In this document: positions 34,277 through 46,868 of the stretch, piece by piece
How positions within the stretch are numbered: the first letter of the stretch is position 1
Layout: each line of letters opens with the position of its first letter
Assembly (NCBI GenBank): GCA_001244265.2
Contig: CDLV01000008.1
Span: forward strand, 1,984,001-2,048,000
Direction of reading: 5' to 3'
Length of the DNA: 64,000 nucleotides
DNA from: Microbotryum violaceum
Lineage: Eukaryota
Position numbers and translations under genes: made by a program
The notes under the pieces: model-generated
What the model was told of the DNA's origin: nothing
Databases searched by the model: none
The model's input: the letters and a program-made list of their open reading frames with translations, nothing else

Positions 34277-36368
34277 TCAAGTGGTTCGCCGAACGATGCA
34301 CGGTCGGGTGGTGATGGGCGACTCAAACGCTAAAAACTGGCGCGAATTTGCTGCAAAGTCCTGCTGCGATGAGGATCGCGAGGTATGGTACAACGCGTTG
34401 CTGAGGAAGGAGCTCTTCGTCGACGGCAATGTCGGGGTGGCATGGGCCGGCTCGGCGGCGAATGAAGGGTGAGGCGAATGCGGCGAAAGGTGCTCGGGCA
34501 TGTCGAACCTCGCTCGAGAGCTGACTTTGGCCGTGGGCCAGGTAAAGCCCGTCAGATCAGCGTGGTTTTCCGCTAGAGTGGGTTCACAAGTCGCGAGCTG
34601 GCTGCAGGCCGATCGCCAGTCCTCACTGACGTCGGACTCCGAGTCGAGTCCGTCGTCCGAAGAGAGCGTCGGGGCCGAGGAGCTTTCCGATTGAGACCCG
34701 TGCCTGCCCGCGGACGCATAGACGAGCGGCGGCAAGGCGTGGTAGAGCGTCATGATCGCTTCAGCGCCGTAGGTCGGCTCCTGAGACACGACCGAGGCCG
34801 TTCGCGAAGGCACGGGCGGTCGGCCGACAAATTCGGAGCCTGCCGAGACTGAACTTCGCTTGCGCGAAGGAAAGGGCAGTTGGGCAAGTTCTTCGCTAAC
34901 TTCCAGGACCTCGCCGCCCATCATCTCGACCCAAACGTCCAGCAACGAGTCTTCGCCTCCCACGACACCGGTGGAGCGCGTCTTGCTCGCGATTGTCGAC
35001 TTGCGGCGCGTGTCGTCTGCGCCGAACATGAGGCTGGCGCGCCGTGGTGCGACTCCAACACCACTCTCGCGTGAAGAGGCGACGCTCCCGGAGCGACGCG
35101 ACACAAGCGCAAAGGGCCGCGACGAGGACGCCGAGCCCGCGACGGAGCTGCGTCGATACAGGCCAGAACCATCCTTGAACGGAAGGGCCGGAAATGACGA
35201 GTCGACCGGGGACGATGCGTTCGTTGACGGCGTGTCGTGGCTGCTCGACGAAAGACCGGCACTGGAGGACGCCCATGACCCGGAGGAGGCCGACGGCCGA
35301 CGGAACGAAAAGACTGTCGGCAGAAGAGCCAGGTCAGCTAAAGCTCAGAGCGGTCGCGGGCAATCCAAACCTGGACCTACAAGATGAGGTGCTGTGCTTC
35401 TGACTCTCACAGTTCCTCTTGAACTGTGTCCTGGATCGCTTGGCCTCGACCTCGACGTCGTGCATCCCCTTCCTCCAAGCTTGCAATCGCGCGTCGGGTC
35501 CGAGGACAAAGTCCATTGCTGGACCCGCGGTTGCCGCCCGGGTGATAGGTTTAGCTGCGCTTTCGTGGGCACCGACGGTTTAGTGGTAAGCTTGCCAGTC
35601 GATGCTCGACCGCTGTGGCGTCAAGGTTGAGGTGGCGGTCGGGAAAGGCAGGAGCGGAGGTGACGAGTTCTTGAGCGAGCGGCGCTGCGACGACGAGCTC
35701 GTCGACAAAGCACGCGTTCGGAGCATCAATTCGGGGTCGGTCAAGAGGCGAGAAGATACCCAATCCAAACCTAAGCCATGGTTGTCCCGCGATGTGCGTC
35801 GATTCATCGGCGACGGTGGGGCAGCCGAAACGGCCCTTTGGTCGAGCGCGCCTGTCAGGTTCGCAGACTCGGCATCGTTGATATGGCGACGTGGTGCCGC
35901 GGATACGGCGGTGATGTTCAAGCTCAAGGTCGAGGTCAAAGTTGAGATGGAGAGCTCGGAGGCATCGTAAATGGGCACGGCTTTGCGCTTGGCTTGGACG
36001 ACCGAGGTCCGTGCTTGAGTGGAGGCAATTTGAGATGACTCTGCAACGTGCGCCGCAGCTTCGGAGCCCGTTGTCGAAACGGGCGACGGATCGACGCCTT
36101 CACGCTTCAGCGGCTTGACAACGGTAGAAGTCCTTTTTGGCAACTTGACATCAGGGTTGGACGAAAAAGACAAGATAGGTTGCCCGATCGCGAGTTTCTT
36201 GATGGGGGGCCGCGGGCTCGCCGCGCCCGGGTTCGCCGATTCCTCGGCGTGGTCGACGTGCAGCGAGCGCTGCTGCGCCAGCGCCGGGTTCAGCAACAGC
36301 TGCTTATGGCGAGGCACATACGTTTCTCGTTTCGGCGCAGCATTTGCCCTCGGTGAGATGGATGACAT
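34277..36368 (-). CDS. Ser/Pro/Arg-rich protein of unknown function (spliced)
   Basis: Long same-strand ORFs 35580..36368 and 34277..35104, joinable through short intron(s). No domain recognised. Confidence 0.55.
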
Positions 36369-38309
36369 CGCTGAGGTTGTCCTATGTCCCCCTCAAGTCG
36401 CGGTGTGTGCTTATGCGAGTGGTGCCGAGCAAGCTGATTAGCCACGCCGCCGCCTTGCGAGCGAATCACGGCCGAAACTTCGGAAGTCGTCAATTCACCT
36501 GTGGGGGATTTGGGCTGTGGCGGACCCAGTGTCGTTCGACAATGGATCGCAATATTCTTGAACTAAGAGGACACGCTGGTCGTGTCGAGGAATGGGCGGA
36601 AGGGCATGGTATCAGAACAAAGGGTTCGTGATGGTAGGCCCCGACACAAGCTCCAGGGACGTCGGTCTGCAATCCGCCGCCGACACGAAATGTGCGGCGC
36701 CAGGCACGCGCGCGGAAGAGGGCTATAATGGTAACCTCGAGTGCATTGGTCCCACCGTGCACAACCATAAGCGATTGAGGGCCGCGAGACGGGCGCGCGA
36801 GGGGGACCCCGGAACCCGGGCGGCCTCCAACTTTATTTATCCGCTTTGGAGTTGGCCGCTTTCTTGCATCATGTTGAAATTCTCCATCATCGACATTCAT
36901 GAACTGGGTACTGGCTGTCTAATCTCTCGCGCAACGCTTGCATGAGTTGCAATTGCTTTCCGTACATCGGACCCTCCTCCGGAATCGAAAAAAGTGGGGT
37001 TGTGGCTTGTGAGCACGATTGAAGCACGTTGCGCAAGCCTTCACCGGTCCCTCCACGCTGAGCAACTCGCCGCGTGGCGGACGTCCGTGGTGACACACGA
37101 CGAACGGAGACACGACGGGCATAAACATTATCGGTTCCCAGGTATCTCGCCCGGAACTGACACACGTGACTTATGTTTTTACGCAAAACATCACTTGTGC
37201 GTAGCCTCAATGAAGAGGAAGCCGTCGACTTTGTGCAGAAAACGCTGACGCGCCCGCGGCCGGCCCGAGCTACACCTCAGGTGCCGCCCTCGAAGGTCGA
37301 TCGTCTGCTCGATGCCTACTTTCAGCTTAGGAAGGAGCACTCTAGTCAATTTAAAAAATCAACTAGACGTTGTTCAATCGCATGCGATGAAACTCAGTTG
37401 AGAACGAGAGCCGATCCAGTCTTACCTACAGGGGGCGTTCCGGAGGGAATACTAGCTTTAAAAACGTTTCGAGCGTCTTGTCAACCTGCCTGATCCAGCT
37501 TCTCGCAGAGGCTCTTTCCTCCACTGGCGCGAATGGGCTCCACCTTCCGTTTGGCACGAGGCGATCCAGGGGAATGCGTTTTAAAAGGGTAGATCTAGAT
37601 CGATACAAGCAAAAGAACTGTACGATTTGCCGTTCAGCAACGTCCTCATTCTGATAAACAGACGTTGGAACTTCGAGCTCGGCAGCTGAAGGAACCCCTC
37701 TTTGGTCGGAGCAGGAGCTTCCACTCAATGTGCCGGCGGCCTGAGCGCGGCCTGAGCATATTCGGGTTCCGAACTTCCGCTACGTAGTCTTGCAGCTGTT
37801 TAAGAATTCAGGTCTTGGATTCCATCTTCGCTATACCCCTCCTCGGTACAGTTGTATGATGTTCAGGTAAACAAAAACAGCCCCGAAAAAAATAAAGACT
37901 GAAGTGTCTCGAGCGCGCTTGCTTGAAGCTGTAGTCTTCCCAGCTCAAGTTGATCGGGCCCGAGCACGAGTACATTGTCTCCGCCGGTGATAGTGAGGTT
38001 CGTGTGAATGCATAGCACAAACTGACCCGGAACATGATGTTGAGCAGGTGAGGAGACAGGACCCGAACATGCGGTAAAGGAGAGGTGGTTCTTTTAGCAA
38101 GATTGAGGATGAGGACGACAAAAGTGTAATTCATTGTAATGGTGAGAACGTGCAGAACATGCGGAGATGAAGGACGTCAGGACAAGACTACTAATACGGG
38201 TAGTATATGGGTTCAAATGAAAGAGTCGTGCGAGGTACAATAATTGCGATGAAATCGAGATGCCACGGCGAGCATGAGGGAAAGAAAGAGCGAACAGGAC
38301 TCGGGCGTG

Positions 38310-39577
38310 TCACAGCTCCATACCGGCGGCGTCTTCCTCTCCAGCCGAATAGTTCTCGTCGTCGTCGTCATCCTATGGGAACAGAGACCAGAGCCACCCG
38401 TGGTCAGCACTTCCTGCGATCCCTTGCGTTTTGGAACGAAATTCTCAAACTGACTTCTTCCTCGCTCGACTCATCATCATCGTCGCCATCGTCTTCCAAC
38501 GCCTCCTGTGTTGCGAATCTCGACACATAGTCTGACCAAGCGATTGACGAGCGAAAGTCAGCGACGAGTCGCTTTGCGGTTCGTGGGCATCGACCCCGAA
38601 ACGGGACGTACCCTTGACCTTGCCATCGTAGCTCTTTGAATCCCTCATCAACAACGCTGCGGCCTCTCCGTTGAGCGGATCCGACGCGTTTGGATATCGA
38701 AGCAGTTGGGGCAAAAATACCTCAAAGATGTTGATCATGTCGAACATGGGGGACCAGGTCTGGTTGATGACGTCGAGGCAGACCGAGCCCGATACTTCGT
38801 CAATGTTGGCTGAGAAGAGAGGTGTGTTGTTGAGACCTGGTTCGGAGCATATTTCGCTTCACTACGCTTACTCACGATGAAATATCTTATTGACGAAGCC
38901 GATCGAGGGACTCTTGTACGGGTAGCCGTCGGGCAGCTCGACGTGGATCTTCCATACGCCACCTTCAAAAGGGGCTGCCAGGGGGGCGCACAGTCGGAGC
39001 GGGTCAGGTCAAGAATAAGTCAGTTCTTGGATTCTTGATATTGTATTTTGTTGCATTCCGCGCAAGACAGGCGATCGTATGCTCCAGCTACAACGGCCTG
39101 CCCGACGCCAAGGCCGCCTGTCCCCCTGCCCCCACTTTGGGCGGTAACGCCCCCACGCGAGCCCCCACGGCGAGCGAGCCAGTTGACGACTCACTCTCTT
39201 TGGGACCGTTGAACCGGACGTAAAACTCTTGCATGTTGTCATTGACGAGTGTGACCTCGTAGTCCGACATGAGCCTGCGGTTTGTGCGGCGGTTCACGGG
39301 TAGACGATCGGCCGTGGCACGTCAAGCCGAAACGGAAATGGGACCGTATCGAGTCACGAGATCGGAAGCGACGGTAGGGGAGCAGCAAGTACGTCGTCAG
39401 TTTCCGTTTGAAGATTAGTGAGAGCGCAAGTACGGACAGTTTCATGACATCGGTCTCGATCCTTCGCTTGGGGGAGCTGTATGTGCGAGGTGATGGGGAC
39501 GAACGACCTCATCAGCTGAGCGAGCGAGCTCGGTCCGACAGCCACCCGGACTAGAGATAGGGTGGTACGAACCTCAT
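38310..39577 (-). CDS. UBC8: Ubiquitin-conjugating enzyme E2, Ubc8/UBE2H type
   Basis: [70 protein letters not shown] and an acidic tail. Confidence 0.95.
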
Positions 39578-40391
39578 CGTGTGAATCGGCCTAGGGTCTA
39601 GTTAGGAGGCGAGCTGATAGGGATCGATCGACGGTGGGCGGGGGAATGACGTGGTCCGGTGGTGGCCGAGAAGGAGCAAAGCAAGCCAGAGCAGACCGAC
39701 GTCGTCCGATCGACAGTCTAGGCGCGCAGTGCCTCGCCGCTCGGACCTCAAAACAATGAAATCATGAACGCGTTCCTTCTCTCGCAGTTGCATCTTCCGA
39801 ATCACAATCACACAGAGGTGTAAAGCATAATACCTTTGAGCTCAAGCCTTGACCCTCGAGGTGCCACCGCGATGCCGAGCCGAGTCCGACCGCCGAAATC
39901 TCGAATCTCGGCCGAGTTGCAGTTCGTCCTCGGGCAGCAGCAGCATCTGTAGGCAAGCTCGGCTCGGCCCGACGGCACAAGCGGGTCAGCTGAGGCAGGC
40001 TTTTTGGGGAAAAGCTGGCTCACTTTGTGATGCTCGTGAGCGATCAAATACAGCTTTGGCACATTTGAACAGAGATCACCCGGTGAGCATCCTAGTCTTA
40101 TCTTTCACCAGATTTGCTGCTCACTGACATCACGGTATCATCGATCCGGTTGATCCACGGCCCCATACCGAGCTTGAATTAAGCCGACGAGAAAGGCATG
40201 CAGAGCCACCGGCCACTCCGTCGCACCGCGCCTCGCTCCACGTGCAGAGAATGCCTTTGCTCCGTTCAAACTCGTTCGACCCTCTCTCTCTCTCCCGTGC
40301 TTGTTTGGCTTCCTACCCCAAGTGAAGACCAAGGAGCGAGTCGATCCATCTGCCATCGTCTTGGCCTGACCCCCGTCTCCCCCCGCAAGCG

Positions 40392-43109
40392 ATGTCGTCG
40401 CCGCGCAACATCTCGTCCTCCTCGTCCGGCGGCGACACCAGTGGTGGAGATGCCGTTCTTCCATCAGCCGCCGGCGCCGGTCGCGAGTCGTCGACGTCCT
40501 CGGCCCAAGTCTCGCCTGCGCTGCACCCGACCACAGCGCACATCAACACCTCGTACGGCTCCCCCGGTGGGGTCCCGCAGATCCCTTCCCGCAGCGAGCT
40601 CAACAGCCAGCACAACTCGCCCCGCGTCTCGTCGCCCTTTCTGAATCCTCGATCGGCAGCTGGTCCAGCAGCTTCCCCATCGGGCGGAGGCGCCGTCTCC
40701 CCCGCGCTCTCGGCTTCCCATGCACCGGGCACTTCACCCTTGCCACCAGCTTCGATCGCGTCTTCCATTGCGACCTCTTTGAACCCAAACTTGACCGAGG
40801 CGCAAAAGGCCGAGATCGTGCGGCGTCATTTACTCAACGCGCACGATCAGAGTCGCGTCGAGCACCGACCGACGATCCACCCTCGCGCCTCGTCCAACTC
40901 GCTCATCGCTTCCTCGAGCACGAGCACTGCCGAAGGTCCCTCCGTCGACGAGGGAGAGTACCCGACCCCTTACCATCTCCAGGGGGGCGATGTCGTCGCG
41001 GGGGTGTACAAGTGGGCCGCGCAACAGGCCGAAGGAGCTGGCGGCGACGATTCGGCCGCCCCTTCCTTGCGGAGGTCCAAGTCGCTCGTCTCGTTGGACC
41101 ATGCGGCGAGGCAACATGCGGTCGACAATTCCCTGACATTGGAACAGACGCCCACGTCCAACACCGCGGCGGCGGCGGCCGACGACGACGATCCTTCTTC
41201 GGCTTCGGCGATGAGGGTGCGCGAGATGCTCGACCCGGGCGGATTCCGACGTGACTTCGTCATTCGCAAGATCGCCGAACAACGCGGCGAAGACGTGCAG
41301 GTTACCGCCAGGAGGGTCTCGCAATCGACCGGTGGATCGCGGAGCTTCATCGACTTCCTCAGTCTGTACGGCCACTTCGGTGGTGAGGACTTGGAGGAGA
41401 TCGAGGAGGAGGACGAGGAAGAGGATGAAGAGGACGAGATCGAGTACGATGGGCAGATCCGCGGCGAGGGGATTCCGCCGTTCCGAGGGCAGGCGAGTGG
41501 ATCGAGAGGTGTGCCACCGAACGAGCGGACACCGTTGGTGCGAAACAAAAACACAAGGCACGGGACGACTTCGGCGGCCAAGCGCCAAGGTCCGTCCCAG
41601 GGTGACGCGACCGTGTCGCAGGCCGTGCTCATGTTGCTCAAGAGTTTCGTCGGCACCGGAGTCCTCTTTTTGGGTAAAGCGTGAGTTGGCTTCTTGCCAG
41701 TAAATTCTTTGATCGCGGATGGGATGCTAATTTTGCTCCGAGCCGGCACAGTTTTTACAACGGAGGCATCCTCTTTTCCACCATCGTGCTCTGTTTTATC
41801 GCCATGGTCTCGCTCTACTCGTTCTTGTTGCTGGTCGAGACACGTCTTGTCGTCAACGCCTCGTTCGGTGACATTGGTGGTATCCTCTACGGCAAATATA
41901 TGCGCTGGGCCATCCTCTTTTCGATCGTCCTCTCACAGGTCAGTTCATGTCGTGGTGTTCCCTCAACTGCAGTTGACGTGTCCATCACTGACCTGGGTCA
42001 GCACGTCTTCATGATAGGTCGGATTCGTCGCGGCCTACACTATCTTTGTCTCTCAGAACTTGCAAGCCTTCATCATGGCCGTGACCAATTGCCGCCACCT
42101 CATCCCGATCCAGTATCTCATCCTTGCGCAACTTATCATCTTCTTGCCCCTTGCTATGATCCGCAACATTCAAAAGCTGTCCGGGACGGCTCTGATTGCC
42201 GATGCTTTCATCCTCTTTGGTCTCGTCTACATTTTTTCGAATGAGATCAAGCTCCTCGTCGACAACGGCATCGCCGACGTCGCCCTCTTTAATCGCAAGG
42301 ACTTCCCGCTCCTGATCGGGACCGCCGTCTTTTCTTTTGAAGGCATCGGTCTCGTCATCCCCATCACCGAGAGCATGAAGGACCCGCATCGTTTCCCGGC
42401 CGTTTTAACGGGTGTTATGATTGGGGTCATGGTCCTCTTTGCCGGTGGTGGATTGCTCGCTTATGCGGCTTATGGCTCAACGATCCAGGTAAGTCGTTCG
42501 TTCAGGTTGTGGCGAGCTCCCTGTCAATCCACATGTGCTGACATGGTTCTGCTCAATTCCCGCAGACGGTCGTCTTCGTCAACCTCCCCCAAGACGATAA
42601 ATTTGTCAACGCGGCACAGTTCCTCTATTCAATCGCGATCCTGCTCTCGACGCCCTTACAACTCTTCCCTGCCGTGCGAATCATGGAGAACGGGCTATTC
42701 TCCCGTTCGGGCAAACATTCGAACCGAGTCAAATGGACCAAAAACACGTTCCGCATGGCCGTCGTCGTAGGATGTTCAGCAATCGCCTGGGCCGGCGCGA
42801 AAGACCTCGACAAGTTCGTCTCTCTGGTCGGATCGCTCGCGTGTGTGCCGTTGTGCTTTTGCTACCCTGCGATGCTGCATTGGAAGGCGTGCGCCCATAC
42901 GAGGAAGCAGAAGGTCATTGATGCGTTGTTGTTCATCTTTGGCTTGTTCGCGACATGCTACACGACGTCTCAAACGGTGCGTACGCGAGGTTGTACGATC
43001 CTTCTTGACGGGCCGAGTGCTGATGCGATGCTGCTTCTCGTCGATACAGATCTCGATGCTCATCAGCGGCGGCGAAAGCGCGCCCCCTAAGTTTGGTAAA
43101 TGCCAATAG
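40392..43109 (+). CDS. Vacuolar amino acid transporter, Avt3/Avt4 (AAAP) family
   Basis: LQGGDV...VYKW, PGGFRRDF, FIDFLSLYGHFGGEDL, LLKSFVGTGVLFL, IGTAVFSFEGIGL and LDKFVSLVGS.ACVPL. Confidence 0.92.
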
Positions 43110-43661
43110 ATCCGTCCGCCCCAGTATAGCAACTTTTTTTCACTTTTCGCCCCGTCTGTTACCGTCGAGGGCCCTTGTTGCCTTTCATGTTTTTTGAAGT
43201 GTGTGCCCCGGTTTTGTTTGGTATGGGCCTTTCGTTTGTTCTTCGTAAATACTTTGTTTACCCAAACTGACGATTCGTAAAATACTACTCGGGGTATCAT
43301 GAGAGCTAGCCTTGGGCAAACACACACCCACCCACACACACACACACAAAACAGCTTTGACATTGAGTACAAATTCGTGTTACAGGGTTTACTACTACTG
43401 CCACGACCGTGACTACTGCCAAGCTACTATGAATTCCTTCTATGCATTTCAATTAGCTAAGAAAAGTGGAACTGCGCACAGAGACTATTTTGCCCTCTTT
43501 TCGTGCTGTAGACTGTGCCGATCCTAACTTCGTTCTGGTGTGGTGTATACTTTTTTTTTTTTTTTTTCCCTTTCTTCTTTATGTTCTGTTCGAGAGCGCT
43601 GGGGGGTTCCGGTAGTGATTTTGTGTAAATCGGTAATACGAGATGGTATCGTGTCGGGCAG

Positions 43662-46267
43662 TCACACGGCGATTCCTACCGCTTGATGATGAAGTGGTGA
43701 CGTTGGAAAGGGGATCGAGGAAGAGTTCGACGCCTTGAGATGCTCGTTGGACGTTCGAGGCGAGAGCGCACTCAAGGGCGGGGACGGGGTTGGAAAGTAC
43801 GAGATCCCTCGAGTCGGAGTTGAGGACATCAGGTTCGGGGTTGGAGTAGGGGTCGTTTTGGGGGTCGTGGACGACGAGCTGATGTTCGAAGACGACGAGG
43901 TCGATAAAGGGTTGGGCACGGTCGGCTCGGAGGCGAGGTCCAAAGGACTTGGAGGCGGTGATAAGATAGGGGTCGAACCGTCTGACGAGGCGTCGTCAGG
44001 GTTAATGATCTGTATGCTCAAGCCAAATTATGTTCAGTTCTCTATCACGGGGGTCGCTTTTTGACCGTTTGATCGCCTCACCTGAAGAGTGGTGCCCGAT
44101 TTCCTACCGTTCGATCCGGTTTCAAAGCCATCGTTTTCTCCTCCACTGCCCGCCGCGAACTCAGTGTCGATCGACCATGCTTTGGCGACATAGACACTTT
44201 CGACGATTGGTGTAGGCTCCCCATCCTCGAGACCAAAACTGGAGCGTTCTAAGGAGTTAGATGATATGGATCCATCACTGTCACTGGTGACTAAACGACG
44301 TGCAGATCCGATCCGAGCGCACAGGAGAGGCAATTGAGGATGTCCAGCGGGTAGAGGACCGCGAGATCCGTTGCTGCCCGTCGACTGCGTTCTGCGACGA
44401 GTGGCACGATATTGGGTGCGCTTCATCTTGTAGAGTGAGTTAGGTGATTTGGGTGGCTCAAAGCTTTGGTTCGAATCAGTGAACGCCGACGAGATGGAGG
44501 TGGGCGAAGGTAGGCTCGGCGCGTCGGTGAAGGACACGGTCACGCTTCGGTGACGACTCCACGACGGCGAGGAGCGATCGATCGATTCGGCCGACAAGGG
44601 GAGGGATAAAAGGGGGCGGAGCTGGGTTGCAGAGCTCAAAGATTGATGACGCGAAACACAAGCTCGAGAAAAAGGTGGAGTTTGCGAGCGTCTTGGAAGA
44701 GTGGCAGAGGAGGCACCGTCCGAAGCGTGGCAAGGTGGGAACTCTGTCGCAATCGGCGCAAAGTATCGTGCGACCGGGGCGCGATAGTACCGAGAATAGT
44801 CGTCCGAATGTCGTCGAAGGGGCTCTCCCTCCGTTCTCTGGTTCATCAGCACACTGATTCCATAGCTACCCGTTGATGAAGCTCCAAAGTCATCAAAGTA
44901 GTCCCTCGACTCGAGCGACTCGTCGCACAACGTCGGCGACGAGGCTTGGGTTGATAAAGTCGACGGTGGTGACGAGCAGCAACTCGCCGACAGCCTCTGA
45001 GTTTCGGTCGATGCGCCGAGTTGACGGGTGTTCAAAGCAAGCTCTTTTGTTTGTTGTACTTTGCCATCGTCTTGGACCGAGCTACTGGCGTTGTCGGGGC
45101 TATCGTCTTCACCGACGCCAAACACCTTTTTGCGCCGCTTCGTTCTCATCTTGAGCGTGCTCTTTGAAGACAACGAGCGCGGTCTCAAGCTCATCGTCGG
45201 TTTAGATATGGCGTCAAAAAAAAACTCGGACCCCATGATTTGCCCTCGAAGCGCCGAAGTCGTGGGCCCCGCGATCGAAGGCGAAGGTGGGGGTGGAGGT
45301 GGAGGCCTTGCTAACGGCCGTCCCGTCTTCCAACTCGAGGCGCTAAAGTGGAGTGACCAACGACGCAGTGACTTGTTTGATGCTTCCGAGGATGTCGAGG
45401 GGCTTTTTGATACTTCGACGGTAGCTAGACTCGATTCTTCGATTGCGCCAATGGGTGTGCGAACGCTCGAGCTCGGTGAAGGTTTTTGGTCCTCGTCTGA
45501 AGGCGACTCGGCGATCGACGACCACGCGCGTAGAGACGATGGGCGTGAGACGGCCGGGGACGAGGATGCACTGCAGTCGGTTTTTTTGCTAGATGAGGGA
45601 CGGCCCAACCTCGATATGGTAAGACCGCCACGGCTACTGATCACGTCAGCTCGAGTGTTCGGTGTTTCAAGGTTTATTTGCAACCCCTGCAGGGGCACAG
45701 GGGCGTCGCAAAATATGTCAGACTCGAACAAGATGGTAAGACAGCTTCAACCACATTGTCACTCACATGAAAGGGATTGTGTTCGCTTGCCAGCATGTTC
45801 CAATCGCCTTGCCCATTTTCGTCGGCTTTGTCACCACTGCCGCAGGCTGTGACGCCCTCGGAGTGCCGCGGCTGACGCCAATCGGGATCATCGTTGTCGT
45901 CTCCGCCCAATGTCCGAATTGTCGGCGTCACATCGCAGTCACCGCTGCTGTCACGGGCTGCAGTCCGAGTCGGCGTATGGACAAATGAGTCATCCTCCCT
46001 GTCTCGGGCGTCCCGCTTGGGTCGAATATAAAGTGTGATCGAGCTCGCACGACGGACTGGCAGGCGGAGACTTGGGCCAGAACTAGACGGTGCAGGTGCG
46101 AGTCCGACTCGTGCGACAGTGACCGGAGTTGAACTTGTGCGCGCCGGCGGCGACGATGGCGGCGTAGTCGCACGATGTCCTCGATCACTTTCGCCAGCGC
46201 GTGTTGGCGCATTCGTCTTGGGCGTGGGATGGAACAAGTTGTACCATCGATCGATCCACTTGACCAT
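43662..46267 (-). CDS. Ser/Pro-rich protein of unknown function (3 exons)
   Basis: ORFs 45674..46300, 44034..45731 and 43662..44021 join in frame through GT-AG introns (NPFH|GLQ, TTLQ|IINP). Confidence 0.65.
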
Positions 46268-46868
46268 GTCGGAGCAACATGAACTAGTGAGATCGTGCAC
46301 GGCCTCGACGGATAGGCAGCTCGTGAGCGTGAACCGGATCGAGGTCCAGGGTTGGAAAAGAAACGTTCCGCGTTGGGGTAGAAGCGTGCGTGCGAAAGGG
46401 TAAGCCGATTTTGACTTCTTTATCCAAGCTTATCAGTGATCGGGTGGAACTGCTGGGATCAACTCGAACGAGCCGCGCTCTCGGTAAAATATGAACGGGC
46501 GGTCGAGTCGGCGTGCGCGGCCGGGCGGGCGGCATTGCTCGGCTGCCGGATTCGCCACAATGTGATCGATTTGGGCTGGGGACTTCGATGCAACAAGTTC
46601 TTTGTGTGCATGAACATCTTTCTGGAGCTGTAAAGGCATTTTGTTAATGGCTAGCCAGGGCTGACCGTCGGAACTTCCCAAGTCGGCCTGATGTCCCGCC
46701 TATGGCGCGCGCAGCCTTGGCGGTAGTAGCTCGTAAATAGGAGGCGAGTAGCCCCTTTACTCGTTGACGCGTCGGGGCGCGTGTTATCGCGTGAACGCTT
46801 CCCAGACAGACGGCGCTGGTGCGAAATTTAACAGTGTGACAGCTACCTAGAAAACAGATATCCACTCT

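Noticed and set aside
43321..43567. (CA)n and poly-T tracts
   Set aside because: Ordinary simple repeats in convergent 3' UTR or intergenic DNA.
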